Below, piece after piece: positions 32,955 through 34,986 of a DNA stretch of 34,986 bases; the stretch's first letter is position 1; each line of letters begins with the position of its first letter. The stretch is from Bacillota bacterium. GTDB taxonomy: Bacteria; Bacillota; UBA5301; JASBVW01. The stretch spans positions 1 to 34,986 of the forward strand of contig JASBVW010000001.1 in assembly GCA_029961005.1 (NCBI GenBank), given 5' to 3'. Made by a program: the position numbers and the translations under genes. The notes beneath the pieces were generated by a model, which was not told where the DNA came from, ran no database searches, and saw only the letters and a list, made by a program, of their open reading frames with translations.

Positions 32955-33743
32955 CTACCGCCGCAGGTTATTGGCCAGCTGCAGCATCTCATCGGAGGCC
33001 TGAATGGCCTTGGCATTAACCTCGTAGGCCCGCTGGGCCACGATCATGTTCACCATCTCTTCCACTACCTGAACGTTGGACATCTCCAGGTAGCCCTGGG
33101 CGATGGTTCCGAACCCGTCCAGGCCCGGCGTCCCGTCGATGGGCTCTCCCGAGGCAGGGGTGGCCCGCAAGAGGTTGCGCCCTTCAGAGCTGAGCCCGGC
33201 CGGATTGATGAAGCGCGTGAGCTGGATCTGCCCGATCTCCTGGGGCTCGTTCTGCCCGGGGAGCATGACCGTCACCGTGCCGTCGGTGCCCACGGAGATG
33301 TGCGTCGCCTCGGGCGGGATGATGATCTCCGGTTCCAGCGGGAAACCATCAGAGGTCACGATGCGCCCCTCTGCATCCACCTTAAAGGACCCATCCCGGG
33401 TGTAGGCGACCTCGCCATCCGGCATGAGGATGCGGAAGAAACCGTCCCCCTCGATCACCATGTCCAGGGGGTTGTCCGAGGGGCGCACATCGCCTTCGGT
33501 GAAGATCTTCTGGGTGGCCACCGGGCGGACGCCATGGCCCAGCTGAATGCCGGTGGGAATCATCAGGCCCCGCACGGCCGGAGTTCCCGCCGCCCGATAG
33601 GTCTGGTACAAAAGGTCCTGAAAGTCCACGCGGCTCTTCTTGAACCCCACGGTATTTACGTTGGCCAGGTTGTTGGAGATGACGTCGATCATGAGCTGCT
33701 GCGCCTTCATCCCCGACCCGGCCGTCCACAACGCCGGCATCAT
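32955..33743 (-). CDS. flgG: Flagellar distal rod protein FlgG
   Basis: The N-terminus reads [29 protein letters not shown]. The C-terminus reads [45 protein letters not shown]. Confidence 0.93.
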   Translation of the reverse strand: MMPALWTAGSGMKAQQLMIDVISNNLANVNTVGFKKSRVDFQDLLYQTYRAAGTPAVRGLMIPTGIQLGHGVRPVATQKIFTEGDVRPSDNPLDMVIEGDGFFRILMPDGEVAYTRDGSFKVDAEGRIVTSDGFPLEPEIIIPPEATHISVGTDGTVTVMLPGQNEPQEIGQIQLTRFINPAGLSSEGRNLLRATPASGEPIDGTPGLDGFGTIAQGYLEMSNVQVVEEMVNMIVAQRAYEVNAKAIQASDEMLQLANNLRR

Positions 33744-33943
33744 GGTAAAACAAAACCCCCTTTGGCCAAAAGTCGCTGCGGCAGGGGGCTAGGTCCTGTG
33801 AGGAACGTTCAGCCTGCGGCTGGGTTGCCTCCGTCGCTCAGCAACCCCGGGCCTCCGCGGCCGCCAGACCGCCGGTCCAGCCCTCGTGTGCCGTTCCCTT
33901 GCCGTCCTTCCCCTCGCCGTCTTTCTCTCGTTCTCAGCAGGAC
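33744..33943 (-). promoter_or_regulatory. Structured 200-nt spacer between two rod genes, with a hairpin plus U-tract abutting the flgG start
   Basis: On the minus strand CCCCCT...AGGGGG (33756-33788) is followed by TTTTGTTTT and then ACC-ATG. A second hairpin is GGGTTGC-12 nt-GCAACCC (33822-33847). This is by far the longest gap within the flagellar module and among the largest in the window. Confidence 0.3.
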
Positions 33944-34729
33944 TTAGCCGACACGCCCCACTTCGTTGACCGCCTTGCCCAGCAGCTGATCCTGGGTCAG
34001 GACCATCTTCTGGTTGGCTTCGTAGGCGCGCGTGGCGGCAATCAAGTCGATCATCTCCTGGATGGAATTGACGTTGGACCGCTCCAGCACGCCCTGGCGC
34101 ACCTCCGCCTCCGCCGGCTGCGGCGCTCCCGCAGCGGCAGTGGCCCGGTACAAGCTGTCGCCCTCCTTCACCAGGCCAGCCGGTTCGGGAAAATCCACGA
34201 CCTGGAGGGTATCGACGTAGGCCCCGTCCACCAGGACCTCGCCCTCTGCCGTGATCTGAATCTTGCTCCCGCTCACCGCCACCGGCCCGTTGAGGCCCAG
34301 GACTCGCGCCCCTTCGGACGTAACCAGATACCCCTCGCTGTCCAAGGCCAGGGAGCCGTTGCGGGTGTAGCGCAGCCCGCCCCGCTCTTCCACGACCAAA
34401 AAGCCCCGCCCCACCAGGGCTACATCCAGAGGGTTATCGGTCACCACCAACTGGCCCTGCGTAAAATCGGTGGCCGTGCCCTGCACAGCCGCTCCCACGC
34501 CCACCCAGCCCACCGGCGGGCGGAGATCGACCGGCGGCCAGGGCACCAAGGGCATCTGTTGAACGGGATCGTCCAGCCGGTGCAGGAGCAACTGAGGAAA
34601 GGCTTCCGTTAAGAGGGAGTCGCGCTTGAAACCGGTGGTATTGACGTTGGCCAAATTATTGGCGATGACGTCGGTGCGCGTCTTCTCCAACAGCATACCG
34701 GAGGCAGCTGTATAAAGACCCCGCAGCAC
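33944..34729 (-). CDS. flgF: Flagellar basal-body rod protein (FlgF/FlgG family, proximal rod)
   Basis: The N-terminus reads [36 protein letters not shown]. The C-terminus reads QGVLERSNVNSIQEMIDLIAATRAYEANQKMV. I prefer the GTG at 34729, which has AAGGAGGTG 6 nt upstream. The ORF-track start is 34765. Confidence 0.8.
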   Translation of the reverse strand: MLRGLYTAASGMLLEKTRTDVIANNLANVNTTGFKRDSLLTEAFPQLLLHRLDDPVQQMPLVPWPPVDLRPPVGWVGVGAAVQGTATDFTQGQLVVTDNPLDVALVGRGFLVVEERGGLRYTRNGSLALDSEGYLVTSEGARVLGLNGPVAVSGSKIQITAEGEVLVDGAYVDTLQVVDFPEPAGLVKEGDSLYRATAAAGAPQPAEAEVRQGVLERSNVNSIQEMIDLIAATRAYEANQKMVLTQDQLLGKAVNEVGRVG

Positions 34730-34809
34730 AGAGTTCACCTCCTTCGCATGAGTTATCGGCATCACCCGCCGGTTGCTTAAGCGACCCCCGGCTGGTTTGC
34801 TCTGGCGAG

Positions 34810-34986
34810 CTATCCGTCCTGGCGGCTGATCGTATAGATGGGGGTCCCGTCCACGAGCCGCGGGACCTCCCGGTCCTCGACGATGACCTCATCGCCTTCC
34901 CGCAGCCCGCTCCGGATCTCCACTTCCTGCCCGCGCCGGAAGCCGGTCTGCACTTCCACCGCCCGGGCCCGCCCCCGCTCGACCAC
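34810..34986 (-). CDS. 3' end (58 codons) of a gene truncated by the window edge; C-terminus resembles a periplasmic adaptor / membrane-fusion (HlyD-family) beta-barrel domain
   Basis: My own translation is VVERGRARAVEVQTGFRRGQEVEIRSGLREGDEVIVEDREVPRLVDGTPIYTISRQDG followed by a stop (TAG at 34810-34812). The pattern V.V..G......VEI.SGL.EGD.V is typical of membrane-fusion protein C-termini. This ORF is not in the supplied track because it is open at the edge. Confidence 0.4.
   Translation of the reverse strand: MVERGRARAVEVQTGFRRGQEVEIRSGLREGDEVIVEDREVPRLVDGTPIYTISRQDG

Noticed and set aside
34656-34892. A 78-aa minus-strand ORF spanning the junction between the edge gene and flgF.
   Set aside because: It overlaps the flgF start region and the better-supported 3' end of the membrane-fusion-like gene in other frames. 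Its translation is Ser/Arg/Gly-rich with no features.
1-34986. I looked for signs of a mobile or defence island: integrase, transposase, tRNA target, direct repeats, compositional shift, toxin-antitoxin genes or restriction genes.
   Set aside because: I found none. Composition and codon style look uniform, and the content is core envelope and flagellar machinery, so I do not read the window as horizontally acquired accessory DNA.

Overview
This is a GC-rich window (about two-thirds G+C by eye). Every credible gene lies on the minus strand, mostly with tiny gaps or overlapping stop/start codons, so it reads as one long co-directional supercluster.

In transcription order (right to left) it holds:
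- the 3' end of a membrane-fusion-like gene
- a flagellar rod and L/P-ring module (flgF-like, flgG, flgA, flgH, flgI, rod-binding flgJ-like)
- an AMIN/phosphodiester-glycosidase protein and an S55 (SpoIVB-family) peptidase-like protein
- a TamB-like giant protein split into two frames
- a sigma-70 family factor plus a small membrane protein
- bamA, an unknown secreted 459-aa protein, and three tandem skp/ompH paralogs
- lpxD, an atypical two-gene ABC module, then lpxC, fabZ, lpxA, lpxI, lpxB
- a second LpxB-like glycosyltransferase, an msbA-like exporter, an NDP-sugar pyrophosphorylase and a third LpxB-related glycosyltransferase

This matches the outer-membrane (LPS + BAM/TAM + flagellar ring) cluster described for diderm Firmicutes. 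The high GC content, strong GGAGG ribosome-binding sites and the S55 peptidase suggest a Limnochordia-like lineage; that placement is inference.

The most interesting unexplained content is lineage-specific genes inserted into the ancient bamA-skp-lpxD-fabZ-lpxA-lpxB array:
- the ABC ATPase plus a 795-aa giant-ectodomain membrane protein
- the 459-aa putative outer-membrane protein
- the sigma/membrane-protein pair
- the flgJ-coupled glycosidase/peptidase pair

Other points worth a second look are an 11-unit heptamer repeat, a frame break in tamB and structured intergenic spacers. I recognised no rRNA, tRNA, CRISPR array or mobile element. The long plus-strand ORFs are judged antisense artefacts of high GC content.
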